NCBI GenBank assembly: GCA_024239035.1
Contig: JANBVK010000001.1
Location: 423,062 to 487,061 of the forward strand
Direction of reading: 5' to 3'
Length of the DNA stretch: 64,000 bases
Source of the DNA: Patescibacteria group bacterium
GTDB lineage: Bacteria > Patescibacteriota > Minisyncoccia > UBA6257 > GWB1-50-10
A program made the translations under genes and the position numbers. Shown here one piece after another: positions 8,624 to 17,649 of this stretch; positions within the stretch are counted from its first letter, which is position 1, and the number at the start of each line of letters is the position of its first letter. Below the pieces are notes generated by a model. The model was not told the origin of the DNA. It searched no databases and saw only the letters and a list, made by a program, of their open reading frames with translations.

Positions 8624-10180
8624 TCACTCGTTTTTTAATCGGTACTGGAATGCCTCAGCAAGGTGTTCTTTTTTTACGGTCGGTGATATTTCCTGCCCAC
8701 TTGCTGCGGCAAGGTCGGCAATGGTCTGCGCTACTTTTAAAATTCGGTAGTAACCGCGAGCAGAAACAAAAGCCCGCTCTAGAGTTTGTTTTAGGAGTTC
8801 CTCGGCGCCGGATTCAAGTCTTACTGTTCCGTCAACTTGTTTGGAACTCATCTCGGCGTTGGAGAAAATTTTAGGTTTGAGATGCGTAAAACGTTTCTCC
8901 TGAATTAACCGGGCCTTCATAACCTGCTCGCGCATAAATTTTTCGATATTATCATCCGTACTTTTTGTTCGCAGTTCCTCAATTGGTATACGCGGGACTT
9001 CCAGTTGTATATCTATTCTGTCTAGAAGCGGTCCTGAAACTTTCTTTTGATAACGGAAGACTTCATTTGCAGTGCAGCGACATTCTTTCTCTGAGTCGTC
9101 GAAATAACCACAAGGACATGGGTTCATTGCGGCAACGAGCATGAAACGCGCCGGGAACGTTAGCGTTTTCTTGACTCGGGCGACGTGGACTGAACCGCTC
9201 TCAAGTGGTTGCCGGAGGCCCTCAAGGACATCGCGGTGAAATTCCGGTGTTTCATCGAGAAAGAGAACGCCCCTATGAGCTAAGCTGATCTCTCCCGGTT
9301 TTGGGTTTGTCCCGCCGCCTATTATGGAGATTCTTGAAGCGCTGTGATGTGGTGCCCGGAAAGGTCTGTGATTGATAAATGAGTTGTTGAAATTAAGGCC
9401 TGCGGCGCTGTAAATACGGGTAATTTCTATACTTTCTTCTATGGTTGGTGGAGGAAGAATTGAAGCAAATGCTTGAGCAATCATCGTTTTGCCGGTTCCG
9501 GGTGACCCGGTCATGATCATGTTGTGGCCGCCGGCAGCGGCAACAAGAAGAGCGCGTTTTGCAGCGGCTTGTCCCTTTATCTCGCCTAAAGTCACAAGTG
9601 AAGGAGGGTAGCCGGGTTCTATCATAGTGATAGGCTGCTTTGGGATTATTTTTATATTCTCAAGGTGTTCAATGAGTTGGTTTAGATTGCGGACAGGCAT
9701 TACTTTAACGTCTGGAATAGCAGCAGCCTCAACTGCGTTAGCTTCAGGGACAAAAATTTGTCTGATCCCCTTTTGTTTAGCAAGAAGAGTAATACTCAAG
9801 CACCCGTTCACCGGCCTTAAGGTTCCATCAAGCGAGAGTTCGCCAATGAATATTTTGTCTTCGGTATCGAAACGCTTTAACTGGTCACTTGCCAGAAGGT
9901 AGGCTAGAGCGATTGATAAGTCAAATCTTGAGCCAATCTTTTTAATGTCAGCGGGGGCCAAGTTTATAGTTATGCGGCGATTCTCTTTAGTTGGTGGTTT
10001 GATGCCGCAGTTTTTGAGGGCGGAGTTCACTCGTTCTTTGGCTTCACTAACCGCCTTATCAGCAAGTCCTACAATATTAAACGAATGAAGGCCGACGTTT
10101 AAGTCGGCCTCAACTTCTATTAGTTCCGCATTTATGCCGTCCAGTTCAGCAGAGTAAAGTCGGGGAACTTGCTTTATCAT
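8624..10180 (-). CDS. comM: YifB/ComM family Mg-chelatase-like AAA+ helicase
   Basis: VGLADKAVSEAKERV, GSPGTGKT, RPFRAPHHS, GEISLAHRGVLFLDE and AMNPCPCG motifs. Confidence 0.93.
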   Translation of the reverse strand: MIKQVPRLYSAELDGINAELIEVEADLNVGLHSFNIVGLADKAVSEAKERVNSALKNCGIKPPTKENRRITINLAPADIKKIGSRFDLSIALAYLLASDQLKRFDTEDKIFIGELSLDGTLRPVNGCLSITLLAKQKGIRQIFVPEANAVEAAAIPDVKVMPVRNLNQLIEHLENIKIIPKQPITMIEPGYPPSLVTLGEIKGQAAAKRALLVAAAGGHNMIMTGSPGTGKTMIAQAFASILPPPTIEESIEITRIYSAAGLNFNNSFINHRPFRAPHHSASRISIIGGGTNPKPGEISLAHRGVLFLDETPEFHRDVLEGLRQPLESGSVHVARVKKTLTFPARFMLVAAMNPCPCGYFDDSEKECRCTANEVFRYQKKVSGPLLDRIDIQLEVPRIPIEELRTKSTDDNIEKFMREQVMKARLIQEKRFTHLKPKIFSNAEMSSKQVDGTVRLESGAEELLKQTLERAFVSARGYYRILKVAQTIADLAAASGQEISPTVKKEHLAEAFQYRLKNE

Positions 10181-10185
10181 ACCCG

Positions 10186-10524
10186 TCAGGCGGCACCCTT
10201 ACATTTTTTGCACAACGTAGACCTGGGAGCGGCTTCCAAAATTTCTAATTCAATATCCCCTCCGCACTTCTCACACTTACCGTACGAACCATCTTTAATT
10301 CTTGTGAGTGCAGCTTCAATGTCATTCAACTTATCTTCTAAGGGTTTTTTGACGCTCAAGTAGTTTGTGAATTCCTCAGTTTCATCTGTTTCTTCCTCAA
10401 GGTGATCAGTGTCGCTGCCGAAGTCTAAATCTTTTTTAAGTTTTTGTAATCCTTTTTCAATATCAGATTTTGCTGACAGCAGTTTTTTTTCAAACGTTTC
10501 AATTTGTTCCTTGGTTAGAGCCAT
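10186..10524 (-). CDS. TraR/DksA C4-type zinc finger protein
   Basis: Coiled coil plus GSYGKCEKCG...LCKKC. Start placed at ATG 10524 (MALTKEQ). Confidence 0.88.
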   Translation of the reverse strand: MALTKEQIETFEKKLLSAKSDIEKGLQKLKKDLDFGSDTDHLEEETDETEEFTNYLSVKKPLEDKLNDIEAALTRIKDGSYGKCEKCGGDIELEILEAAPRSTLCKKCKGAA

Positions 10525-10615
10525 AAGAATTTCGTGATTTGTAAATATAGTCAGTTTATAAGTTAAAGATAGTGTAGCGTAGCGTGATTTGTCAACGAAG
10601 TTTAATGTCTTCAGT

Positions 10616-10635
10616 TTATCCACATATGTGGACAA
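10616..10635. promoter_or_regulatory. Inverted pair of DnaA-box-like sites
   Basis: TTATCCACA (perfect) at 10616-10624 and TGTGGACAA (1 mismatch, opposite strand) at 10627-10635. Confidence 0.5.
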
Positions 10636-10650
10636 AGTGAAGACACAGAT

Positions 10651-11022
10651 TCAATCAACATTTTCATAGTGCTCTAAATTGAAATCTTCCCCGTTTTTTG
10701 TAATAGCAATCAAATCAAGCCGCCAGCCTTTTTTGTTATTGATTAGTTCTTGTCGGTGGCCGGCGTAGAGTGATGCCGCTCTTTTGAATTTTTTGAGTTT
10801 CGCCCTGGTCATCTGATCTTCGGGTTTTAGGCCACCGAAAGCCGGTCCTGTCATTGTTTTAACTTCGACAAAAGCAAGTGTTTTATCAGGGGTAATGGTG
10901 ATAATATCCAGTTCCCCCCACGATTTCCTAAAATTCCTCTCAATGATTTTGTAGTTCTTGTCCGCAAGATATTCGCATGCGAAATCCTCACCTGCTTTTC
11001 CCAGCTCTGATTTTAGGTTCAT
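10651..11022 (-). CDS. yraN: YraN family (UPF0102) nuclease
   Basis: LGKAGEDFA, IIERNFR, GELDII, FVEVKT and RLDLIAI motifs. Confidence 0.92.
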   Translation of the reverse strand: MNLKSELGKAGEDFACEYLADKNYKIIERNFRKSWGELDIITITPDKTLAFVEVKTMTGPAFGGLKPEDQMTRAKLKKFKRAASLYAGHRQELINNKKGWRLDLIAITKNGEDFNLEHYENVD

Positions 11023-11445
11023 ATACTCATATTATAGCACCCAAGGTGCTTCATCAGCGTTTTTGAGAGAAGTAAAACTTAATGCGCAGAATATACAGGC
11101 TCTTTTTTATCCTAATTTCTAGATATCGCCAGAAATTTAATCAAAAAAGATATTTCACGATAAATATTTTCTGTTTTTAATGTTTATGCATAAACATTAA
11201 AATTTGCAAAAAACGAGAAAGTCTAGGTTTTATCAGCTTACCAGCCTGTTCGTTTTGCGACACTTTCTGAGAGTTTTTGAGCAAAAATTAGAAAGCGTAG
11301 GTTTTATCTGCTTATCGGGTTTTTCAATTTTTTCCGGTTTTTCAATTTTATTAATTTTATTAAATTTATCAAATCTATTGGCTAATTCGCACAAATTAAC
11401 CAATACGCTATTTGTCACTCTTCTGCTTCATTTTTTTGATCAAAA

Positions 11446-11487
11446 ATCCAAACGGCTCAACGACACCCACCGTTGAGCCGTTTGGAT
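11446..11487. repeat. 17-bp-stem inverted repeat; related copy at 29902-29939
   Basis: atccaaacggctcaacg-N8-cgttgagccgtttggat. Confidence 0.8.
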
Positions 11488-11503
11488 ATTAAGACGGGTC
11501 TGA

Positions 11504-11539
11504 CGCCTCAATTTCCTCTATATGGAGGAAATTGAGGCG
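11504..11539. terminator. 15-bp-stem hairpin downstream of the phosphomutase genes (possible terminator)
   Basis: cgcctcaatttcctc-tatatg-gaggaaattgaggcg; no clear U-tract. Confidence 0.45.
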
Positions 11540-11575
11540 GGTAATTCAAAGGGAGTTATTCTTGTTAATTTTGTA

Positions 11576-12466
11576 TTAATGCCTACTTGCTGCCGATTTT
11601 AGTTTTTTAACCTCTCTTTTAAAAGTCAGTTTATCACTGGACCCAACGAAGAAACGCACGAGCGACTGAGTATTGGATGGGCGAACCATAAAGAACCAGT
11701 CATCAAAATCAAATGTTATTCCATCAATGAATCCTACCCGGCGGGCTTTTCGCTCATAGATAGTTTTTATCTTCTTAATAAATTCTTTCGGGTTCGTGTT
11801 CTGAATATCAAACTGTTCGTAGTAAAGTTTAGGCAGGAAATCATAGAAATCGGCTAAGGAGTACGGTACTTTTGATAAAATGTCGAGTACTTTTGCAACT
11901 GCGAGTATCGCAGAATCAGAGTAAGAAAAGTCTTTAAAAAAGTAATGTCCAGAGTATTCTGCTCCAACCGTTGCCTTTCTCTTTTTCATAATTTCTTTAA
12001 CGAAGCGAGTTCCTACTGGAGATGGAAACGTTTTTTTTCTTAAGAGTTGAAGGTGTTCTAAGGATTTGAATGAGAAAATTTCAGCGACAAATGGTGGTTT
12101 CTCATCCAGGAACAGAAGATATGCTATAAAATATGCGGGTATCTTCCTACCACGATTATCGATGAAAAAAACCCGGTCGCCGTCCCCGTCAAATATGACG
12201 CCCAGGTCGGCCCGCCTTTTTAGAACTTGTTTCTGAAGCTCCACTCTTGCGCCCGGTATTAGGGGATTGGGTTGATGACCCGGGAAAGTTCCGTCGGATT
12301 TGTAATTTATATAGTGGGGCGTAATTAGTGGTTGATTTTGAAATAATTTTTTTAAAATAGGCCCGACCGCTCCGTTTGAACAGTCAAAAACTATCTTAAT
12401 CGGTTTTTTGATATTCATAAAGTCACGGAGATACCTGACGTAAGCGTTTATATAAGTATCATTCAT
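11576..12466 (-). CDS. Phosphomannomutase/phosphoglucomutase, domains II-IV (C-terminal part of a split gene)
   Basis: FDCSNG, DGTFPGHQPNP, metal-binding FDGDGDR, GAEYSGH and RPSNT motifs. Confidence 0.88.
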   Translation of the reverse strand: MNDTYINAYVRYLRDFMNIKKPIKIVFDCSNGAVGPILKKLFQNQPLITPHYINYKSDGTFPGHQPNPLIPGARVELQKQVLKRRADLGVIFDGDGDRVFFIDNRGRKIPAYFIAYLLFLDEKPPFVAEIFSFKSLEHLQLLRKKTFPSPVGTRFVKEIMKKRKATVGAEYSGHYFFKDFSYSDSAILAVAKVLDILSKVPYSLADFYDFLPKLYYEQFDIQNTNPKEFIKKIKTIYERKARRVGFIDGITFDFDDWFFMVRPSNTQSLVRFFVGSSDKLTFKREVKKLKSAASRH

Positions 12467-12906
12467 AGCCATTTTTGAACAATTCTCAATACTTTATCTC
12501 CGCCGATCATTTCCGCATTTTTACCAACTACTTTTAGACCGTTCCATTCTTTCGGATTGTGAGAGGCAGTTATTATAACCCCGTAATCAGCGCGTAAATG
12601 CTTTACGAGAAAGTAGAACATCGGTGTTGTAGTAAGCCCGGCTTTAACGATTTTGGTTCTTCCTACATCCTCAAGTCCTAGAATAGCTGCCCTATAGAGA
12701 CTTGGTGAACTTAGGCGAACATCATATGCCACTACGGCGGTGGATTTCTTGCTTCTAGTTCTCGATTTGAAATAATCTCCTAGCGAGCGTGCGATTGTGT
12801 AGACTGCCACCTCGTTTATTTGTTTTGGGTATTTCCCTCTAATATCGTAAGCTTTGAAAATTTCCTTTGGCATCACATTCTCAAAATCTTTATAAGTTTT
12901 AGTCAT
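12463..12906 (-). CDS. Phosphomannomutase/phosphoglucomutase, domain I (N-terminal part of a split gene)
   Basis: IFKAYDIRG, DVRLSS and phosphoserine loop ITASHNP. Start uncertain (12906 or 12873). Confidence 0.88.
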   Translation of the reverse strand: MTKTYKDFENVMPKEIFKAYDIRGKYPKQINEVAVYTIARSLGDYFKSRTRSKKSTAVVAYDVRLSSPSLYRAAILGLEDVGRTKIVKAGLTTTPMFYFLVKHLRADYGVIITASHNPKEWNGLKVVGKNAEMIGGDKVLRIVQKWL

Positions 12907-13013
12907 AGATAGATTTATCTTAATGCTTTGTGAGGCGGCAGTCGATACACCTTGATAGATCCAGCGGGATTGAAACCAGCGGGATTTTGAGCTTAAATGA
13001 AAGCATATCATTC

Positions 13014-15053
13014 ATGTCTCGTAGAAATAAAAAAGACCGCAAGCGTAAGAGAGAGGACCGTGAGTTTGGTATATCTACACTCCACCCAGACGTCAAAAAA
13101 AGTGTTTGGATAGTTTCGTTCTTGGGGGTGGCTATTCTGTTTGTTTTAGCGGCGATGGGACAAGCTGGTCCTTTTGGAAGAAGATTTTACTTTCTTTTTG
13201 ATAATCTCTTAGGTTGGGGATATTTTTTATTGCCGGCCGTTTTTTTTCTTTTAGCCTTTTCTTTTATTGATCCGGAGAAGAAAAGGTTTTTAGGCGTAAC
13301 TCTAGCGGGAGGATTTTTATTTCTCATCTCGGGTTTGGGGTTTATAGATATTGTCTCTCCGGGGAACGGAGGTTTGGCCGGAATGGTGGTCGGTTCTCTT
13401 AAAAATCCTTTTGGAGCGACAGCATCTTTAGTAATAACCCTAACAACGTTGATTATCTCTTTCTTAGTTGTTCTAAACCGCCCCTTAAAAATTCCAAAAA
13501 TCGCTAAGGTTGAGAATACAGATATTGACTTACCTGAGAAGCCTGCCCTTGAGAAAGACCTACAAGAAGAAACAGAGAATTCAGTCTCCGGGGAAGAAGA
13601 GGTTTTAAGTATGGCAAGTGAAACCAAGAAAAAGTTATCGGCTGTTATTAAACCGGCTAATATTAAAAATTACGCCCCGCCGCCGCTTAAACTTCTTTCT
13701 AGTTCTTTTGAGAAACCAACCATTGGAGACCTGAGAGCGAACGCGAATATCATTAAACGTACTCTTGATAGCTTTGGTATATCGGTGGAGGTAGGAGAGA
13801 TTAACGTCGGTCCTACGGTTACTCGCTACGCCCTAAAACCAGCCGAAGGAATGAAACTCTCTCGTATTACCGCTCTGAATCAGGATTTATCTCTTGCTCT
13901 GGCGGCTCATCCTATTCGGATTGAAGCTCCAATACCAGGTAAATCTCTAATCGGCATTGAAGTGCCTAATAAATCTGCGGCTTTGGTCCGTTTGGGAAGC
14001 TTATTGCTCTACCCAGAATTCCAAAAATCTTCTTCTCTTTCTTTTATTTTGGGGAGAAACGTAAGTGGCGATCCTATATTTGCCGATATTGCCAAGATGC
14101 CTCATTTTATGATCGCGGGGGCAACCGGTTCGGGTAAATCAATAATGGTTCATTCTCTTTTAATATCTCTCCTCTATAAAAATTCTCCAGAGACACTGAG
14201 ATTAATTCTTATTGACCCCAAACGGGTTGAGCTCTCGGTCTACAACGGAATACCCCATCTTATGTCGCCGGTAATCACTAAAAACAAAGAGGCTATGGGA
14301 GCTCTACGGTGGGCGATAAGTGAGATGGAGCGCCGTTATCAATTATTACTTGAAGCGGGTGCCAGGGATATAAAAAGCTATAATCGCGGCAAGGAACGTC
14401 TGCCATACCTTTTGGTTGTTATTGATGAGCTGGCCGATTTAATGTCTTCTTACGGACGAGAAGTGGAAGGCTCAATTATTAGATTGGCTCAGATGTCGCG
14501 GGCAACAGGTCTTCACTTAGTGGTTTCAACTCAGCGACCTTCGGTCGAGGTAATCACTGGGCTTATTAAAGCTAATATAACTTCTCGTATTGCTCTCCAA
14601 GTGGCAAGCCAGGTAGATTCGCGAACTATTTTAGATACGGGTGGGGCGGAAAAACTTCTCGGAAACGGCGATCTACTTTTTGTATCGGCAGAGATTTCCA
14701 AACCCCGCCGCATCCAAGGGGCTTACGTGACAGAAGAAGAAATCAAAAAAGTAACCTCCTTCATTAAAGAAAACAACAAACTTGATCCGGGCGATAATGA
14801 AGATTTAGCGTTTGGAGAACAAAATGAATCATCACCTGCCCTTGATTTTGGGGATTATGGCGGGGACTCCGACGATGAACTCTACAACGACGCCGTCTTA
14901 GTAGTTCGTGACGCTAAGAAAGCCTCGGCCTCTCTTCTCCAGAGACGTCTTAGGGTCGGTTATGCCCGGGCAGCCCGCCTTTTGGATATAATGGAAGAGA
15001 AAGGAATTGTTGGTCCGGGAGAAGGAGCCAAACCAAGAGAAGTGAAACTTTAG
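13014..15053 (+). CDS. ftsK: DNA translocase FtsK/SpoIIIE
   Basis: 4 TM N-terminus, GPTVTRY, RIEAPIPGK, GATGSGKS, IDELADLM, gamma domain SLLQRRLRVGYARAAR. Confidence 0.96.
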   Translation: MSRRNKKDRKRKREDREFGISTLHPDVKKSVWIVSFLGVAILFVLAAMGQAGPFGRRFYFLFDNLLGWGYFLLPAVFFLLAFSFIDPEKKRFLGVTLAGGFLFLISGLGFIDIVSPGNGGLAGMVVGSLKNPFGATASLVITLTTLIISFLVVLNRPLKIPKIAKVENTDIDLPEKPALEKDLQEETENSVSGEEEVLSMASETKKKLSAVIKPANIKNYAPPPLKLLSSSFEKPTIGDLRANANIIKRTLDSFGISVEVGEINVGPTVTRYALKPAEGMKLSRITALNQDLSLALAAHPIRIEAPIPGKSLIGIEVPNKSAALVRLGSLLLYPEFQKSSSLSFILGRNVSGDPIFADIAKMPHFMIAGATGSGKSIMVHSLLISLLYKNSPETLRLILIDPKRVELSVYNGIPHLMSPVITKNKEAMGALRWAISEMERRYQLLLEAGARDIKSYNRGKERLPYLLVVIDELADLMSSYGREVEGSIIRLAQMSRATGLHLVVSTQRPSVEVITGLIKANITSRIALQVASQVDSRTILDTGGAEKLLGNGDLLFVSAEISKPRRIQGAYVTEEEIKKVTSFIKENNKLDPGDNEDLAFGEQNESSPALDFGDYGGDSDDELYNDAVLVVRDAKKASASLLQRRLRVGYARAARLLDIMEEKGIVGPGEGAKPREVKL

Positions 15054-15054
15054 T

Positions 15055-15723
15055 ATGAAAACAGAAGTTAAAAGTTTATCAAGTACGATTATAAATGCCT
15101 TAAGAGTGAAAGGATTTACTGTTGAAAAACTTGCTCAGACGACGGGTGTCTCTGACCGTTTTTTAGAATCGTTAGTGGAGGAAAAATTTGAAAACTTACC
15201 ACCGTCGCCTTACGTCCACGGCTATTTAGTAAAGATTGCGGGGGCACTCGGCTTGGATGGGGAAAGTCTCTGGCAGGAATATTTGAAAGACAACGATGTT
15301 ATAAAACGTTCTGGGAAAAGCGACCAACTGCCCCGCAATCGTTTTGTTACCTCAAGGTTGAGAGGGAAAGCTATTTTAGTAGGATTAGTGATTTTAGGTT
15401 TTATTGTTTACGTAGTTCTGAGAACTCCTTTATTTTTAAACCAACCGGGACTGGAATTAATGAACTTGTCTAATGACACTACTTTTACTGAAGATGCTAA
15501 TTTTAGTATTTTAGGTAAAGTGAGTTCTGCTTATAAATTGACACTAAACGGTGAGCGGGTTTATCCCGACGATGACGGTAATTTTGAGAAGACAATACCT
15601 CTTCAAGAAGGTTTTAACACTCTTGTGTTTAGTGTTAAGAAATTTTTAGGGAAGGAGAGATTGATTACAAAGCAAGTCTTTTATCAAGTGAATGAAGAAA
15701 ATTTTTTACAAAATGGCCAGTAA
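15055..15723 (+). CDS. RodZ-like helix-turn-helix membrane protein
   Basis: HTH_25-like N-terminus ([11 protein letters not shown]), one TM, Ig-like C-terminus (LQEGFN). Confidence 0.8.
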   Translation: MKTEVKSLSSTIINALRVKGFTVEKLAQTTGVSDRFLESLVEEKFENLPPSPYVHGYLVKIAGALGLDGESLWQEYLKDNDVIKRSGKSDQLPRNRFVTSRLRGKAILVGLVILGFIVYVVLRTPLFLNQPGLELMNLSNDTTFTEDANFSILGKVSSAYKLTLNGERVYPDDDGNFEKTIPLQEGFNTLVFSVKKFLGKERLITKQVFYQVNEENFLQNGQ

Positions 15724-16726
15724 GAAGGATCCCGTAAAAGGCGGAGAAAAAGATAAATCAAGTGACCTAGACTCTCTAATGGAGTCGCTCCAGAGTCGGT
15801 TCGGCGAAGGAGCGATAATGAGATTAGGTGATAACAAGCACATTAAGGTTGAGACGGTTCCTTCCGGTTCTTTTTCTCTTGATATTGCTCTTGGCGTCGG
15901 GGGGTTGCCGAAGGGACGGGTGATTGAAATTTACGGTCCTGAAGCGTCCGGGAAGACCACTTTAGCGTTACATGCCCTTGCTGAAATTCAAAAGAGGGGT
16001 GGCAGAGCGGCTTTCATTGATGCTGAGCACGCTCTTGATCCTGAATATGCTAAAAACATTGGTGTCAAAGTAAAGGACCTTGTTATCTCTCAACCCGATA
16101 ACGGTGAGGAGGCCTTGAATATCCTGGAGAGCCTGGTCCGTTCAGGAATTATTGATATTATCGTTATTGACTCGGTCGCGGCACTTACTCCCAGAGCGGA
16201 AATTGAGGGTGAGATGGGAGCTTATCACATTGGTGCTCAAGCCCGGCTAATGAGCCAAGCTCTAAGGAAGCTGACGGCGATTGCTGATAAAACAAAAACT
16301 ATCGTTATTTTTATAAATCAAACGAGAATGAAGATAGGCGTTATGTGGGGTAACCCGGAGACAACCCCCGGCGGCATGGCTTTAAAATTCTATACATCCG
16401 TTCGTATTGATATTCGTCGCATCGCTCAAATAAAGAAAGGAGATGAAGTTGTTGGCAGTAGGGTTAAAGTTAAAATTGTGAAAAATAAGGTTGCCCCCCC
16501 CTTTAAAATTACTGAGTTCGACATTATGTACGGCGAAGGAATTTCTTATGAGGCTGACGTGTTAAATACAGCCATTAAGCATGGTGTGGTTTCTAAATCC
16601 GGATCAAGTTATAGTTTCGGAGAAGAAAAGCTCGGAGTCGGCTTTGATAATGTCCGCGTGAAATTAAAAGAGGATAAGAAACTACTTGGAGCAATAAAGA
16701 AAAAGACGTTTGAGGCAATAGGGTAA
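15713..16726 (+). CDS. recA: Recombinase RecA
   Basis: [34 protein letters not shown] and KNKVAPPF motifs. Confidence 0.99.
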   Translation: MASKKDPVKGGEKDKSSDLDSLMESLQSRFGEGAIMRLGDNKHIKVETVPSGSFSLDIALGVGGLPKGRVIEIYGPEASGKTTLALHALAEIQKRGGRAAFIDAEHALDPEYAKNIGVKVKDLVISQPDNGEEALNILESLVRSGIIDIIVIDSVAALTPRAEIEGEMGAYHIGAQARLMSQALRKLTAIADKTKTIVIFINQTRMKIGVMWGNPETTPGGMALKFYTSVRIDIRRIAQIKKGDEVVGSRVKVKIVKNKVAPPFKITEFDIMYGEGISYEADVLNTAIKHGVVSKSGSSYSFGEEKLGVGFDNVRVKLKEDKKLLGAIKKKTFEAIG

Positions 16727-16750
16727 AGAATGCATCGAACCCGAACCCCG

Positions 16751-16766
16751 TCCGCCAGTTGGCGGA
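16751..16766. repeat. 16-bp near-palindrome between convergent recA and folD; identical copy inside murD
   Basis: tccgccagttggcgga at 16751-16766 and 43352-43367. Confidence 0.75.
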
Positions 16767-16789
16767 TTCAGACAACGATATATTCTTAG

Positions 16790-17617
16790 CTATTTTGATT
16801 GTAGTTCAGCTAATTTGTAGAAATTTTCAAAAAGTTGAGCAACAAGAATCGGTCCCGTGCCGCCGGGGGTGGGAGTATAATTAATTTTGAATTTTGAATT
16901 TTGAATTTCTAATAGGTTGAAGTCACCGGCGATCCCGCTGTTAGTTATGTCGTATCCAAAATCTATAACAAGAGCACCTTCTTTTAGATTCAGAGAATCA
17001 AATAAATTTACTTTGCCTACGCCTGAGATAATAATATCTGCGTCTTTCAACTTGTCTTGTAAATCTTTAGCGCTTTTATCAAGAACGGTAAGCTCGGACA
17101 CACCATCCATCAACCAAACACTTATCGGTTTTCCAATCAGGGGGCCTTTTCCTATTACCACTACTCGTTTATCCTGCAGCTCTTGATTCATTGTTTGTAG
17201 GATTTTTTTCGTCGTTCCAATCGCAGGAGGGAATATAGGATTACGCCCGGTGTAGAATGCCCCGAGAGCCCGTTCGCCGAGCACGTCAACGTCTTTCTCC
17301 CGTGGAACGACGTTCAAACAAACATGTTTATTAATGTGTTTTGGCAGGGGTAACTGGATGATAACCCCGCCACAGGTTTTTGCTTCTGCTGTTTTTAAAA
17401 CTTCTTTTCTTAGCTCATCGTTTTTGATTGAGGCGGGATACTTGTAGAGCCGGAAATCTATACTAAGCTCTTTTGCTATTTTTTCTTTTTGCTTTAGAAA
17501 ACTTATCGATGCTGGGTCGTCACCAACCAGAATCGCTGCCAGAAATTTCTTTGGCTTCAATTCTTTCTTCAAATCTTCAATAACCTGTTCAGCAATTTTT
17601 TTGCCATTAATAACCAT
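16790..17617 (-). CDS. folD: Methylenetetrahydrofolate dehydrogenase/cyclohydrolase FolD
   Basis: INGKKIA, IQLPLP, KDVD and TPTPGGTGP motifs. Confidence 0.95.
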   Translation of the reverse strand: MVINGKKIAEQVIEDLKKELKPKKFLAAILVGDDPASISFLKQKEKIAKELSIDFRLYKYPASIKNDELRKEVLKTAEAKTCGGVIIQLPLPKHINKHVCLNVVPREKDVDVLGERALGAFYTGRNPIFPPAIGTTKKILQTMNQELQDKRVVVIGKGPLIGKPISVWLMDGVSELTVLDKSAKDLQDKLKDADIIISGVGKVNLFDSLNLKEGALVIDFGYDITNSGIAGDFNLLEIQNSKFKINYTPTPGGTGPILVAQLFENFYKLAELQSK

Positions 17618-17649
17618 GGGTTTAGATTACGGATTTTAACCGTTAGTTT

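Noticed and set aside
11204-11476. Short ORFs 11204-11476 (+) and 11233-11418 (-)
   Set aside because: Low-complexity translations produced by the local repeats, non-ATG starts and no recognisable motif
10616-11575. Firm oriC call
   Set aside because: Only two DnaA-box-like sites, no dnaA or dnaN nearby, another isolated box at 38266-38274, and skew cannot be computed by eye
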